From Candidatus Cloacimonadales bacterium (GTDB lineage: Bacteria > Cloacimonadota > Cloacimonadia > Cloacimonadales > JAIOQZ01), in NCBI GenBank assembly GCA_963662655.2, contig CAXXTU010000002.1, positions 2,720,001-2,784,000 of the forward strand: a stretch of 64,000 bases of DNA, written 5' to 3'. This document shows, in pieces, positions 18,706 to 28,703 of the stretch (its first letter is position 1; each line of letters begins with the position of its first letter). A program made the position numbers and the translations under genes. Below the pieces are notes generated by a model. The model was not told where the DNA came from, did no database searches, and saw only the letters and a list, made by a program, of their open reading frames with translations.

Positions 18706-21660
18706 TCACTCAACTTGATGATTTCCCCGCAGCACCTCATCCACATTCACAGCCACAGCGAAATCCACGTCCAGTTTGTCGAAATGCGCCTGTCCGCACT
18801 GGATTTTCTGGTTCTCGGACGCTCTTCGCTTGTCCGGATCATGGGTGCTCTTGGTTTCGCGGACGAGATAGAGCTTGTTGTCATGCTCGGTCACCACTGC
18901 CCAGTCGGGATTGTAGCTGCCGATGGGCGTCGGTACCTTGAACCAGTGGGGCAGCTTGCAGAAGAACTTCACGTTCTCGTTCTGGTCGAGCTTCTGTGCA
19001 ATCTCGCGCTCGACTTCCGAATCGACGACAATGCTGTCGTATGGCGTGCGGTTGTCCTTGCTCTGCACCTCGTAAAGCCGCTTCAGGTACTCGGTCAGCT
19101 CGATCTGCTTGCCTTCGTCGTCCAGCTCGAACTGCTCCATAAGGAAGTAGGTGTCCGGTATCTTCTCGTACTGGATGCCATCGATAATCATCTCGTTCAA
19201 GGCGCGTTTGATCTGCCTCGAGACAGCCGTCATGAAGCTCTGCGGATTCTTGCGGAACTGCCCGATTTTGCCGGAGCGAGCCAGTATATCCAGGAGCGTC
19301 TGTCGCGTGAGTTCCGTCTCGCGCTGAAGGAACGCAAGGATATCCGGCAAGCCGCCCTGAATCTTCACCTCTTCCGAGTAGGTATCCACCGTCTTTCCAT
19401 CGATACCGCTCTTCTTCATATCCACCTCTGTCCGGTCGATGTACAGCATCAGCGGTTCGATATCCGGCATCTGCTGAATGTAGGCAGACGCCCGGTCGAT
19501 GAGGTCTTGCGTGCTGAACTGCACCCTGTATCGCGTCTTCTGGCTGATGCGCTGCCATAGCTCTTTGAAATCCTCGTTGAGCATCACCCGCTTGTTGAAG
19601 CGCACCGTTCGTTTCGTGGAAGCTTTCTGAATGCGATTGCGCAATGTGAAGCCCTTCAGAACTTCCTTCACCTGCGCTTCCAAAGGCTTGAAGCAATCCG
19701 GCAGGGCGAGTGGTCGCTCCGGATCGAACACATCGGTTATGCTGGCGACATTGTCCTCGCGAAGCAGATAACCCTCGCGGATCAACGCCTGCCACAGCTC
19801 CTTCGACTGCTCCTGCCCAATCCTGGCTCCAGCCACATCAACAACGTTGGCGAACGCGATCGGCGACACCTTGCCAAACTGGATACCGCACTCACGCTCG
19901 TAATCGGTCTGAAGCCCCCTGGCGTATTGCTCGAACGACTCGGAAGCGATGACGGTGAGGCGGTTCACGTTGCGGTCATGCACCCGCTCGCCGTTCTGGT
20001 TAACCGGCAGGCGAAGTCCGCGCCCAAGCGTCTGACGTCGCTGGCGTTCCGTGTTCATATCGCGCAGGGAGCATATCTGGAACACGTTCGGGTTGTCCCA
20101 GCCCTCTTTCAATGCAGAATGACTGAAGATGAAGCGTAAGGGCTCGGTGTTGGAAAGCAACTTCTCCTTGTCCTGCATGATGAGATGATAGGTATCCTCG
20201 TCGGCCTGCGTCGAGCCGCTGGTGTCTTTCTCGATAACGCGACCCTTCTTCTTATCCACCGAGAAATAGCCGTTGTGCACCTCGTCGGCCGGGAAGGGAA
20301 TCAAGCCCATGTATTCCTGCTTGTTCGCAAACTCGTTATAGACTTCCTCGAACCACCGGGCGACCATACCCTTCTCCACAGAACCATCCTCGTTGTACAG
20401 GCGATAGCTCTTCACCTGATGCACGAAGAACAGGGTTAAAACCTTGATGCCCTGCCCCTTGAGCCGTTTCTCCTTCTCGAAATGATGCTGCACGGCAAGG
20501 CGCACCTGCTCCTTCAGCATCGCTTCGGCCAGACCGCCAAGCTCCTTGCCGGGTTCCAGCCGCACACCGTTGGCGAACTCCACATGCTCGTCGCCCGGTT
20601 GCAAGCTGATGCGAGTAACTCTGTAGCCCTCGTAGCCCGGATAGTTCGTCTTGTCGGCAAGGTCGGCGCGGTGCTTGAGGGTCACTGGTTTCTTCTTCAC
20701 CTCGGCGTTCCTGCCGTAGCTCATTACCTTCACCTTCGCCTGTGGGGTCTTGCCATTCTTGGGATAGCCGATCGACTCCAAACTCAAGTACACATCGGTG
20801 ACGCTGTCCTCGGTGCGGATGGAATCCACCTCGATCTGCTTCACGAGTCCCATATCGTAGGCTTGAATCGGATCGAGGCGATAGACAAGATTGTAGGGGT
20901 TGATATGCGTGGCGGAATATCGCAGGGCGAGAAGCGGGTTCAGCTCTTTGATGGCGTCCTTCGAGACCTCCGCCGTGTCCACGCTCTGCGGCTCGTCGAT
21001 GATGACGATGGGCCGCGTGCGCTGGATGTACTCGATCGGCTTGCCGCCGTTCATGTTGTCGCGTTCCTGATGGATGACGTTGATATCCTTCTTGCGGAAC
21101 GCCTGAATGTTGATGATCATGATCTGGATGGCGGAAGAGACGGCGAACGAATTGACCTCGCCAAGCTTGTCGGAGCTATACACGAAGCTGTTGAAGCTCA
21201 CGTTGTTGTAGAGACCCTTGAAGTGATCGGTCATCAGGCGGATGGACGAGGTGACGCCCTCGCGGATGGCAACCGACGGCACCACGATGATGAACTTGCT
21301 ATAGCCGTAACGCTTGTGCAGCTCGAAGATGGTGCGCAGATAGACGTAGGTCTTGCCGGTGCCGGTCTCCATCTCCACGCTGAAGTTGGGGAAGCTGTAG
21401 CTGTCGTCCGGGGCGATGATTTGCGTCGATTTCTCGATCTGGTTGCGCTGCTGCACGGTGTGCAGGTTCTTCAGCATCGCCTCGTCGTTGGGCAGCAGAG
21501 CGTTGGCATACACGCCTTCGTCCAGCTTGCTGGCGCCGTATTGCAGGCCCTGACTCAGCTCGAAGTCGGACTGGCGCGGGGGCAGACCCGTGAACAGGTC
21601 GCACACGGCGTTGATGGCGTCTTGCTGGAATTGCAGGTTGGCGTCGAACTTCAGTTTCAC
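18706..21660 (-). CDS. res: Type III restriction endonuclease Res subunit
   Basis: VEMETGTGKTY, IIDEPQ, SALKEGWDNPNVFQIC, QTLGRGLRL and YNPDWAV...ETK motifs. Confidence 0.95.
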   Translation of the reverse strand: MKLKFDANLQFQQDAINAVCDLFTGLPPRQSDFELSQGLQYGASKLDEGVYANALLPNDEAMLKNLHTVQQRNQIEKSTQIIAPDDSYSFPNFSVEMETGTGKTYVYLRTIFELHKRYGYSKFIIVVPSVAIREGVTSSIRLMTDHFKGLYNNVSFNSFVYSSDKLGEVNSFAVSSAIQIMIINIQAFRKKDINVIHQERDNMNGGKPIEYIQRTRPIVIIDEPQSVDTAEVSKDAIKELNPLLALRYSATHINPYNLVYRLDPIQAYDMGLVKQIEVDSIRTEDSVTDVYLSLESIGYPKNGKTPQAKVKVMSYGRNAEVKKKPVTLKHRADLADKTNYPGYEGYRVTRISLQPGDEHVEFANGVRLEPGKELGGLAEAMLKEQVRLAVQHHFEKEKRLKGQGIKVLTLFFVHQVKSYRLYNEDGSVEKGMVARWFEEVYNEFANKQEYMGLIPFPADEVHNGYFSVDKKKGRVIEKDTSGSTQADEDTYHLIMQDKEKLLSNTEPLRFIFSHSALKEGWDNPNVFQICSLRDMNTERQRRQTLGRGLRLPVNQNGERVHDRNVNRLTVIASESFEQYARGLQTDYERECGIQFGKVSPIAFANVVDVAGARIGQEQSKELWQALIREGYLLREDNVASITDVFDPERPLALPDCFKPLEAQVKEVLKGFTLRNRIQKASTKRTVRFNKRVMLNEDFKELWQRISQKTRYRVQFSTQDLIDRASAYIQQMPDIEPLMLYIDRTEVDMKKSGIDGKTVDTYSEEVKIQGGLPDILAFLQRETELTRQTLLDILARSGKIGQFRKNPQSFMTAVSRQIKRALNEMIIDGIQYEKIPDTYFLMEQFELDDEGKQIELTEYLKRLYEVQSKDNRTPYDSIVVDSEVEREIAQKLDQNENVKFFCKLPHWFKVPTPIGSYNPDWAVVTEHDNKLYLVRETKSTHDPDKRRASENQKIQCGQAHFDKLDVDFAVAVNVDEVLRGNHQVE

Positions 21661-21669
21661 AGCCGCCCC

Positions 21670-23691
21670 CTACACCGTGCGGAAGATGATCGGTTCGGCG
21701 TCGGCGCGGTCTTCGTTGAGCGCTTTGAAGGTCTGCGCGGCGTTGGCCTTGAGCTGGTCGTTGCCGTGGAAGGCGCTATCGAGGCAGATGAACTGCATAG
21801 GCTGCCGCGCCACCACTTCGTCCACAAGCTCCTGCGTGATCTCGTTTTCCAGGCACAGCATCAGCGCGCCATCGGCGATGGAATACACCCGCTTCCCGGC
21901 CAGTTGGAGTGTCTCCATCGGCTCGGTGAGGGTGTAGCCTGCCTTCAGCAGTATCTCAAAGAGGATGTCCTCCTCGGTGGCGTTCTCGTCGAGGTGGAAC
22001 ACGTGCTGGTGCAGGTAGTCGAGAATCTCCTCCTCGGTGGCGTCCACGCTGAGGTCTTGCCACACGCGGAAGTTGGAGCGCGCCAGCTTAAACACGCGAA
22101 AGCCGAGGTCTTGCGGCGATTTTTCCTCTTCCAGTCCGGGCAGCGTGGGTTCCTTCTCGGCCTGCTCCGCCCTGATCTTTTGAATGACGCGTCGGATGCG
22201 TTCCTTGCCGATCTCGGCGATGGTTCTTGGGACACCAAGCCTGTCGCAGAACTTGATTGCTGTCTTGTTTTTCTTTTTCCTTTCCTCTGTATCATCCAGT
22301 GATTCAGGATATTGAACCATAACATATTGTCGCTGTCCGTCATCTTCGAGATTCAACGAGAATACTGCATGCGCAAAGGTACAGGTTCCTGCAAAGAAAT
22401 CAACCACAATTGAGTCATCATTACTTCCTAAAGACAGAAGCCTTTGTAAGTAATCTGAGCCTTTCGGAAAATCGAAAAGTTTCTCACCCCCAAAGAGATC
22501 TTTCAATTCAGAAGTTCCGCTTCGAAACTTCATCAAATTCTTTGGAGTATTGAATCCAGATTGGCGAAAGAAAACACCATAATCATTACCTTTTTTTTCT
22601 ATGATGACTTCCGCTTTTCTCTCTATGAATCCCTCAAAACCCCATCTCCATCTATGAAGTTTGTTGTTTCGACTTCCTGGGCGTATGGCAATGTATCCTT
22701 TATCAATCAGATCTTGACGTGTTGAATAGACTTGTTCCTCAAGATTCAAGTGGATTTTTGTTTTATCGTAATCATTCACAGGAAAGAAATCACCTGTTGT
22801 CGGATTATAATAGATACTATAACCCATATCAGGTCGTGTTTCAAGCGGCGTAGGTGCATCGTTCAGATTTCGTAAGGAGTCATCGACCTTATCAACATGG
22901 TTGATTACCATTTGACTTGCTGAAAGGGCATACACTAAACAGTACTCAGTATTTGTTTGAATTTGAATACCTTCACCAGATTGATTTGCTCCAGTGATTA
23001 GAACTATCTGAGCCAGAAAATTCCCCTCCCCAAACACCTCATTGCAAAGCTTCTTGAGGTTATCCACCTCGTTGTCGTCAATACTGATGAAGATGACGCC
23101 GTCCTCGCGCAGGAGGTTGCGCGCCAGGTAGAGGCGTGGGTACATCATGTTGAGCCAGTTGGTGTGGTAGCGGCCCTCGGTGGCGGCGTTGGTGGTGAGC
23201 TTGCGGCCCTCTTCGTCGGTCTGTCCGGTGAGTTCGAGGTAGTTTGCCAGGTTGTCGTGGTAGTTGTCCTTGTACACGAAGTCCTTGCCGGTGTTGTAGG
23301 GCGGATCGATGTAGATCATCTTCACCTTGCCGAAGTAGCTCTTCTGCAACAGGCGCAGCACTTCGAGGTTGTCGCCCTCGAGGAACAGGTTCTGCGTGGC
23401 GTCGAAATCGACGCTTTCGTCGCGGCAGGGTTTGAGGGTGGCGGTGGTGCGCTGCTGCAGAATGCGCATGGCGTCGCGTTTGCCGGGCCAGTTCATGCCG
23501 TAGCGTTCGCGGCGGTTCTCGAACACCTCGGAGAACTCGCCCAGCGCGGCTTTCAGCTTCTCCCAGTCAATGCCTTCCACGGGGTTGCCGCGCTCGTCGA
23601 GGCTCTCGGTAAACACCTCGGGGAGCAGTTGTTTCAGTTGCGTTCGTTTATCTTCAGCCACCGGTTCGGTGCGCAGGTCGATTTTTTTCAT
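21670..23691 (-). CDS. mod: Type III R-M methyltransferase Mod subunit
   Basis: EGDNLEVL, IYIDPPYNTG, WLNMMYPRL and DFFAG motifs; upstream of res. Confidence 0.95.
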   Translation of the reverse strand: MKKIDLRTEPVAEDKRTQLKQLLPEVFTESLDERGNPVEGIDWEKLKAALGEFSEVFENRRERYGMNWPGKRDAMRILQQRTTATLKPCRDESVDFDATQNLFLEGDNLEVLRLLQKSYFGKVKMIYIDPPYNTGKDFVYKDNYHDNLANYLELTGQTDEEGRKLTTNAATEGRYHTNWLNMMYPRLYLARNLLREDGVIFISIDDNEVDNLKKLCNEVFGEGNFLAQIVLITGANQSGEGIQIQTNTEYCLVYALSASQMVINHVDKVDDSLRNLNDAPTPLETRPDMGYSIYYNPTTGDFFPVNDYDKTKIHLNLEEQVYSTRQDLIDKGYIAIRPGSRNNKLHRWRWGFEGFIERKAEVIIEKKGNDYGVFFRQSGFNTPKNLMKFRSGTSELKDLFGGEKLFDFPKGSDYLQRLLSLGSNDDSIVVDFFAGTCTFAHAVFSLNLEDDGQRQYVMVQYPESLDDTEERKKKNKTAIKFCDRLGVPRTIAEIGKERIRRVIQKIRAEQAEKEPTLPGLEEEKSPQDLGFRVFKLARSNFRVWQDLSVDATEEEILDYLHQHVFHLDENATEEDILFEILLKAGYTLTEPMETLQLAGKRVYSIADGALMLCLENEITQELVDEVVARQPMQFICLDSAFHGNDQLKANAAQTFKALNEDRADAEPIIFRTV

Positions 23692-23862
23692 GATTCCTCC
23701 AAAGAAGTGCGTATATCTCACAAACAAGTTTCCTATTCAACTTGCAAGTAAGCGAAACATGAAAAAAAGCACAAGGAAAAAATCGCCGGCGGCTTGAAAC
23801 ATCCGTGGTAAGCGTGGGCAAGCCGCTTTGCCATGCTTACATCCCCTTCCTACTCTCGCCCC

Positions 23863-24249
23863 ATGAAACAGATTGATTTGATCGACTGGGACCGCATCCG
23901 GTACTTCCGCAAGAGCGAGTTCGTCTGCCCGTGCTGCGGCAGGGTTGAACTCGACGCCACCTTCGTGTTGAAGCTGGACTTGGCGCGCGAAATCGCTGAC
24001 GTGCCGTTTGTGATTACGAGCGGCTATCGCTGCCCTGCGCATAACGCAGAGGTAGGCGGGGTGAAGCAGTCCACACACATGGCTGGACTGGCCGCAGACA
24101 TCGCGTGTCCCGACAGCGTGACGAGGCTCAATATCCTGCGCGGCCTGATTGTGGCGGGTTTCCGTCGCATCGGCATCGGCAAGAACTTCATCCACTGCGA
24201 CGTGGACACGACCAAGCCCAACAACGTCTGGCTTTACGGGGATCGGTGA
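23863..24249 (+). CDS. Endolysin, peptidase M15 family
   Basis: YF..SEFVCPCCG, ITSGYRCPAHNAEVGG, STHMAGLAADI and FIHCD motifs. Confidence 0.9.
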   Translation: MKQIDLIDWDRIRYFRKSEFVCPCCGRVELDATFVLKLDLAREIADVPFVITSGYRCPAHNAEVGGVKQSTHMAGLAADIACPDSVTRLNILRGLIVAGFRRIGIGKNFIHCDVDTTKPNNVWLYGDR

Positions 24250-24713
24250 TGGCTGTGCTGCCCGTTGCGACCGACAAGGCTGTCGCGATTCTGAACCTGA
24301 CCAGCGACCGACGCATTACCGCGACGTTCGAGGAGCACGCACCCGCCGTGATGCTGCTGTTGAAGCGCGTTTCGGACGTGGATGTGTGGGCCGACCTTCT
24401 CGCTGGCGAGGTCGACGACGACACCGCTGATAGCTACACCTTCGCGTACTGCTACCTGCTGCTGGCCGAGACGGTCGAACTGCTCAACCTGAAGACACTC
24501 GGCGAAGGCATCATCAAGACAACCGGCATCGATACGCAGCAGACCGAACTGCTGACCGGCTCCGAGGTGCAGGCGTTCCGCAAACACCTGACCATCAAGG
24601 CACTGGAAACCATAGAAGAATTTCTCAACGCAGACGGCTACTCACGGCTCCGCGAGCTGGCTCTCGGCGCCTCCCGACATCGAGTTTCCCGCACCAAGGC
24701 AAGCGTGATATGA
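24249..24713 (+). CDS. Putative head-tail connector protein
   Basis: Stop/start overlap with the endolysin; size and position in the morphogenesis operon. Confidence 0.55.
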   Translation: MAVLPVATDKAVAILNLTSDRRITATFEEHAPAVMLLLKRVSDVDVWADLLAGEVDDDTADSYTFAYCYLLLAETVELLNLKTLGEGIIKTTGIDTQQTELLTGSEVQAFRKHLTIKALETIEEFLNADGYSRLRELALGASRHRVSRTKASVI

Positions 24714-25180
24714 CCCCTTCCGACAACCCCGCCATCTACCGGGCCATCTTCGCGGCCATCGAGAGCCGTCTGCATCTCATTGGGAGCGTGATCGATGGGG
24801 AGGCGCGACGTCTGATATTGGAGCGTGACATCAAGGCCGAGGGCGACTTTCTTGCCAACACCGGCTATGAAGTCGAAGTGGGAAGCGCGTCCATCGACCT
24901 GATCGTCGGTTCCAACGTGCCGCACGAGCCGTTCGTGCTGGGCGGCAAGGTTCCCTCGTGGACACCGCTCGAGCCGCTCAAGGCGTGGGTGGAGCGTAAG
25001 AACCTGTCGTGGGTCGACAAGAAGAGCGGCAAGCAGCTCAGCGTCGAGCAAATGGCGTACATGATCCGCGCCAAGATCAAGCGTGAGGGCATCCCGGCGC
25101 GCAACGTATTCGCGGAAGTGATCAAGAACCGCGAGTCGTGGATCTTCCAGCAACTCGACAGCATCGAGGTGGCTCCATGA
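24710..25180 (+). CDS. Putative neck/tail-completion protein (HK97 gp10-like)
   Basis: VGSNVPHEPFV...LKAWV...IKREGIPAR pattern. Confidence 0.65.
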   Translation: MTPSDNPAIYRAIFAAIESRLHLIGSVIDGEARRLILERDIKAEGDFLANTGYEVEVGSASIDLIVGSNVPHEPFVLGGKVPSWTPLEPLKAWVERKNLSWVDKKSGKQLSVEQMAYMIRAKIKREGIPARNVFAEVIKNRESWIFQQLDSIEVAP

Positions 25181-25554
25181 GCTACACCGAGACCCGCGAG
25201 CTGATCTGTAAGGCGTTGGAAGACAGCGGCATCGAGGTGGAGAACATCCGCTTCCACAAAGACGACATCCCGTCCGCATTCCCCGCCGCGATGGTGGTCT
25301 TGCAAGGAGAGAAAGGCGTCAACGGCACCAGCAAGCGGTACACGAGCATCGAGCACGACATCGGCGTGTTTCTCATCGTCGACGTGAATGACTCCGACGA
25401 CCCGGACAGCACGGTTCTCGCGCTCTCGGAGCGGTTCCGCGAGCAGTATCGCAAGCACATCGGGCGCGACATCCCGCAGGTCGAGTACTACGCCGCCAGA
25501 GCTGATTCGGGCCGTCGCGTCCGCATCGCGAAAGTACTTACGGTGACGCCATGA
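25177..25554 (+). CDS. Putative tail terminator protein
   Basis: IPSAFPAAMV motif; ATGA overlap; position in operon. Confidence 0.55.
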   Translation: MSYTETRELICKALEDSGIEVENIRFHKDDIPSAFPAAMVVLQGEKGVNGTSKRYTSIEHDIGVFLIVDVNDSDDPDSTVLALSERFREQYRKHIGRDIPQVEYYAARADSGRRVRIAKVLTVTP

Positions 25555-26741
25555 GAGTGCGCAAGATCGGCGGGTTCAACGTCGGCTACAGCGACACCGA
25601 CGAGCTGCTCCAGAAGCGATACGGCGGTGTTTCAGCCGACTTAAACAATTGTAAGTGGACTGGCTCTCGTCGACTCACGAAGGCGCAGGAGCAGAAGAAA
25701 ATCGTTTCGTCGCCGTTCTCGATGAGTAACCTGCTGCGGTTGTTGGAGAAAGACGAGTATCACGCCGGGTGCGTCGCGGCCAAGATGAATGCGACAGTAA
25801 TGCAGGTGGAAGTCTCGAACTCAAGCCTGAAGAAATGGCTCCTCGAGGCGCAGTATCCGGGCAGCGAGGACGTGTCGTCCGTGCTGGCGGAGTTCCTCAA
25901 GTACTACCTGTCGTGCGGCAACGGCTTCCTCTTGAAGATGCGCAACACGAGAGGCCAGTGGGTCGGTCTGGAGCGACTCCTGCCCACCGAAACGCAGATC
26001 GTCGAGAACTACGACGAGTTCGGGTTCTTCCGTCCCGACTTCATCCAAGTCCGCAACGGCAAAAAGACCTTTTTCCCCGGAAACGACGTGATCCACTTCA
26101 AGCAGACGACCCACAAGTCCAACGCATGGGGCGTGGCTTGCCTGCCGGTCGCCGTGAATATCGAAATCCTCTCCGAGGTCAAAGTCTTCGACTACAACAA
26201 CTTCAAGAACGGCCTGCTCGTTGATTACTTCATGATCGTCGAGGGCGGCAGCCTGCGCGACGACGTGGTCGAGGACGCCGATGGCAACGAGGTATTGAAG
26301 GACGCTTTCACCGTCATCGAGGAGACGTTGCAAGCCGCCAAGGGAAACAACAAGTCGCACACGACCGTCCTCATCGAGACCGAGAACAAGGACGCTCGTA
26401 TCCGACTCGAACCGCTTCGCCAGCATGATCGCGACGGCGGGTTCATCACCCTCAAGAAAGACCTGCGCGAGGGGATTTTCGCCTACCATCGAGTCCCCGC
26501 GAGGATCGTTTCGCAGCTCATCCCGGGGCAACTCGGCGGCGACAACCGCTCCGACATGCTGATGTTCCACCACTTCGTGATCAAGCCGCTCCAGCACCGG
26601 CTCGGGCAGGTGTTGAGCAGCGCGTTCAACGCCGAGTTCGGCTGGAAGCTGACCCCCGCCGATTTCGACTTCGGCGACCTGACATCGATTTTCGAGAGCG
26701 AGGACGAGAAACTTTTCAATTCCAATAGATTAGGAGGCTAA
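25551..26741 (+). CDS. Phage portal protein (PBSX/P2-like family)
   Basis: YLSCGNGFL, DVIHFK, NFKNG, IFAYHRVPARIV and VIKPLQ motifs. Confidence 0.85.
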   Translation: MRVRKIGGFNVGYSDTDELLQKRYGGVSADLNNCKWTGSRRLTKAQEQKKIVSSPFSMSNLLRLLEKDEYHAGCVAAKMNATVMQVEVSNSSLKKWLLEAQYPGSEDVSSVLAEFLKYYLSCGNGFLLKMRNTRGQWVGLERLLPTETQIVENYDEFGFFRPDFIQVRNGKKTFFPGNDVIHFKQTTHKSNAWGVACLPVAVNIEILSEVKVFDYNNFKNGLLVDYFMIVEGGSLRDDVVEDADGNEVLKDAFTVIEETLQAAKGNNKSHTTVLIETENKDARIRLEPLRQHDRDGGFITLKKDLREGIFAYHRVPARIVSQLIPGQLGGDNRSDMLMFHHFVIKPLQHRLGQVLSSAFNAEFGWKLTPADFDFGDLTSIFESEDEKLFNSNRLGG

Positions 26742-28478
26742 ATGCAAGAACGCAAAACCGTGCGCAAAGGCGAGTTGCGCAACGTCGAGGTGGAGCTCGT
26801 TTCGCTCCTGTTCGACGACATGAATCCCGCCAATCAGAAAGGCTTTGTGGTGAAAGCCGCGAGCGGAAAAGCGTACAAGGTGCGCGGCTCGTCGGTGAAG
26901 TTCAAGAGCGAGACGAAGGGGCGTCAGGGGCGGCTGTTCGTGACCCTGATGGAGCCGGACGTGAAGGACGCGCAGGGCGATTTCTACACCGCCGAGGAGA
27001 TTCAAAAAGCCTGCGACCACTTCAGCAAGCACGGCATGGTGGGCCGTAACGACATCAACCACAACAACCACCCGATCGACGACTTCTCGGTCGCGGAAAA
27101 CTACATCCTCAAGACCGAGGATCGCACGCACTTCCCCGACACGCGCATCGGAGCATGGGTGCAGGTCTTAAAGTGTGACGACCTCGAATCCGCGCTATGG
27201 AAGAAGGTTGAGAAGGGCGACTTCAACGGCGTCTCGATCTATGGACGGGCCGACGACTACAACGACACCGGCGAGACCTTGAAGGCCATCCGCGACGAGA
27301 TTGCGGGGCTGCGCGACCTGAAGAAGTCGCTCAAGGACGCCAACCGTGAAGCGGAACTGGAGTCCGCCATCGACGAGCTGGAGAGCAAGGTCTCGCGCCT
27401 CGAAAGCGGCATCGACGACGGTGGACTGCGCGAGGCCGTGAAGTCCATCGAGAAGAGCCTCGACAGCCTTTCCTCGACCATGAGTCGCGCGATTTCGAAG
27501 AGCATTCAGGGCGAACCCGACGCCGACGGCGGTGACCGCGAGGTGATCGTCAACGGCGAGAAGGTGTTGGTCAAAGCCGCGCACCGCGAGATCTACAAGG
27601 GCATCGCGGACGTCGATTCGGGCAAGGCGATGAGCATCCTCACGCCCAACAATACGAGCCTGTTCATCGACGAGGTCATCGGCTCCAAGCCCGGCGACAC
27701 GCTGACCGATATCTCCGTTATCCCGCTCCTGAAGGACGAGAAGATCGACGTCGGCCTCATCGAAGACCTGATCTTCCACAACAGCCTCGACGGTACGCTG
27801 AGTGCGCAGGACGTCGCTACCGCCGACCTTTCCTGTCCTACGGGCATCCTCATGGCCGAGTTCACGCTCGGGCGCGACGTCGTGGAGTTCTACAAGGACA
27901 AGTACGGCGAGGACGCGTTCGGGGCCTACGTCGAACAGCACATCGCACGCAAGACCGAGAAGGCGATGCGTCTGTTACTGTTCCGGGGCGACCGCACGTC
28001 CGCAACCGCCAAGCTGAAGGCTCTCAACGGTCTCGTGAAGCTTGCCACCGACGGAACCGACGTCACCGCCATCAGTCCCACCACCTACGACGAGTGGACC
28101 GAACGGTTCGAGCAGGTGCTGCTGGGCTTCACCGACGAGATGCTCGAGGAACAGGAGAGCTTCCGTATCTATGTGAGCCACAAGGATCTGATTCGCATCC
28201 GCACGGAGCTTGGCCAGCGCGAGACCAACAAGGGCGACAAGCTGCTCCTGGAGGGCGGCAAGGTCAGCTTCAGCGGCATCCCGGTCAAGGCACGGCTCCT
28301 GCCCGACAACTACATCGTCTGCGGTCTGACGAAGTTCATCATCATCGGCTATCGCACAGACGCCGAACTCAAGGTCGAGCACCACGGCGCGGACTGGAAG
28401 TACCACTGGTACATCCGCATCCGGCCCGGCATCACCTACGTTCCGGGCTTCGTGAAATTCTACCAACTCACTGACTAA
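26742..28478 (+). CDS. Fused prohead protease (XkdF-like), coiled-coil linker and major capsid protein
   Basis: PDVKDAQGDFYTAEEIQKAC...WKKVEKGDFNGVSIYG protease pattern; helical linker; capsid-like C-terminal half (LLFRGD...LNGLVK). Confidence 0.75.
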   Translation: MQERKTVRKGELRNVEVELVSLLFDDMNPANQKGFVVKAASGKAYKVRGSSVKFKSETKGRQGRLFVTLMEPDVKDAQGDFYTAEEIQKACDHFSKHGMVGRNDINHNNHPIDDFSVAENYILKTEDRTHFPDTRIGAWVQVLKCDDLESALWKKVEKGDFNGVSIYGRADDYNDTGETLKAIRDEIAGLRDLKKSLKDANREAELESAIDELESKVSRLESGIDDGGLREAVKSIEKSLDSLSSTMSRAISKSIQGEPDADGGDREVIVNGEKVLVKAAHREIYKGIADVDSGKAMSILTPNNTSLFIDEVIGSKPGDTLTDISVIPLLKDEKIDVGLIEDLIFHNSLDGTLSAQDVATADLSCPTGILMAEFTLGRDVVEFYKDKYGEDAFGAYVEQHIARKTEKAMRLLLFRGDRTSATAKLKALNGLVKLATDGTDVTAISPTTYDEWTERFEQVLLGFTDEMLEEQESFRIYVSHKDLIRIRTELGQRETNKGDKLLLEGGKVSFSGIPVKARLLPDNYIVCGLTKFIIIGYRTDAELKVEHHGADWKYHWYIRIRPGITYVPGFVKFYQLTD

Positions 28479-28493
28479 CCAAAGGAGGACAAT

Positions 28494-28694
28494 ATGTGGA
28501 AATGGATATTGAAGCAAGCGATCAAGGCCCTCGCAGAGCCGATTGTGGACGCAGTCATCAGCGCGCTGGAGGCCCTGGCCAAGCGTAGCGAAAACACCAT
28601 CGACGACGCCTTCGTGGCGAAGTTCCGCGAGTTCAAGGAAGCCATTGTCGGCTTCATCCTCGCGCACTGCGGCGACATCGTCAAACGCGCGTAG
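28494..28694 (+). CDS. Small amphipathic phage protein (possibly lysis-related)
   Basis: Strong AGGAGG RBS; LEALAKRSENTIDDAFV pattern. Confidence 0.6.
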   Translation: MWKWILKQAIKALAEPIVDAVISALEALAKRSENTIDDAFVAKFREFKEAIVGFILAHCGDIVKRA

Positions 28695-28703
28695 GGAGCG
28701 TAC

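Noticed and set aside
22591..22598. Phase-variable homopolymer in mod
   Set aside because: An 8-nt A run in an AT-rich region encoding EKK, in frame; too short to support a phasevarion claim.
5622..28667. Long antisense ORFs (e.g. 6456-7535, 7692-9305, 20482-22302, 25821-26597)
   Set aside because: Shadow frames of GC-rich genes, with no motifs or RBS.
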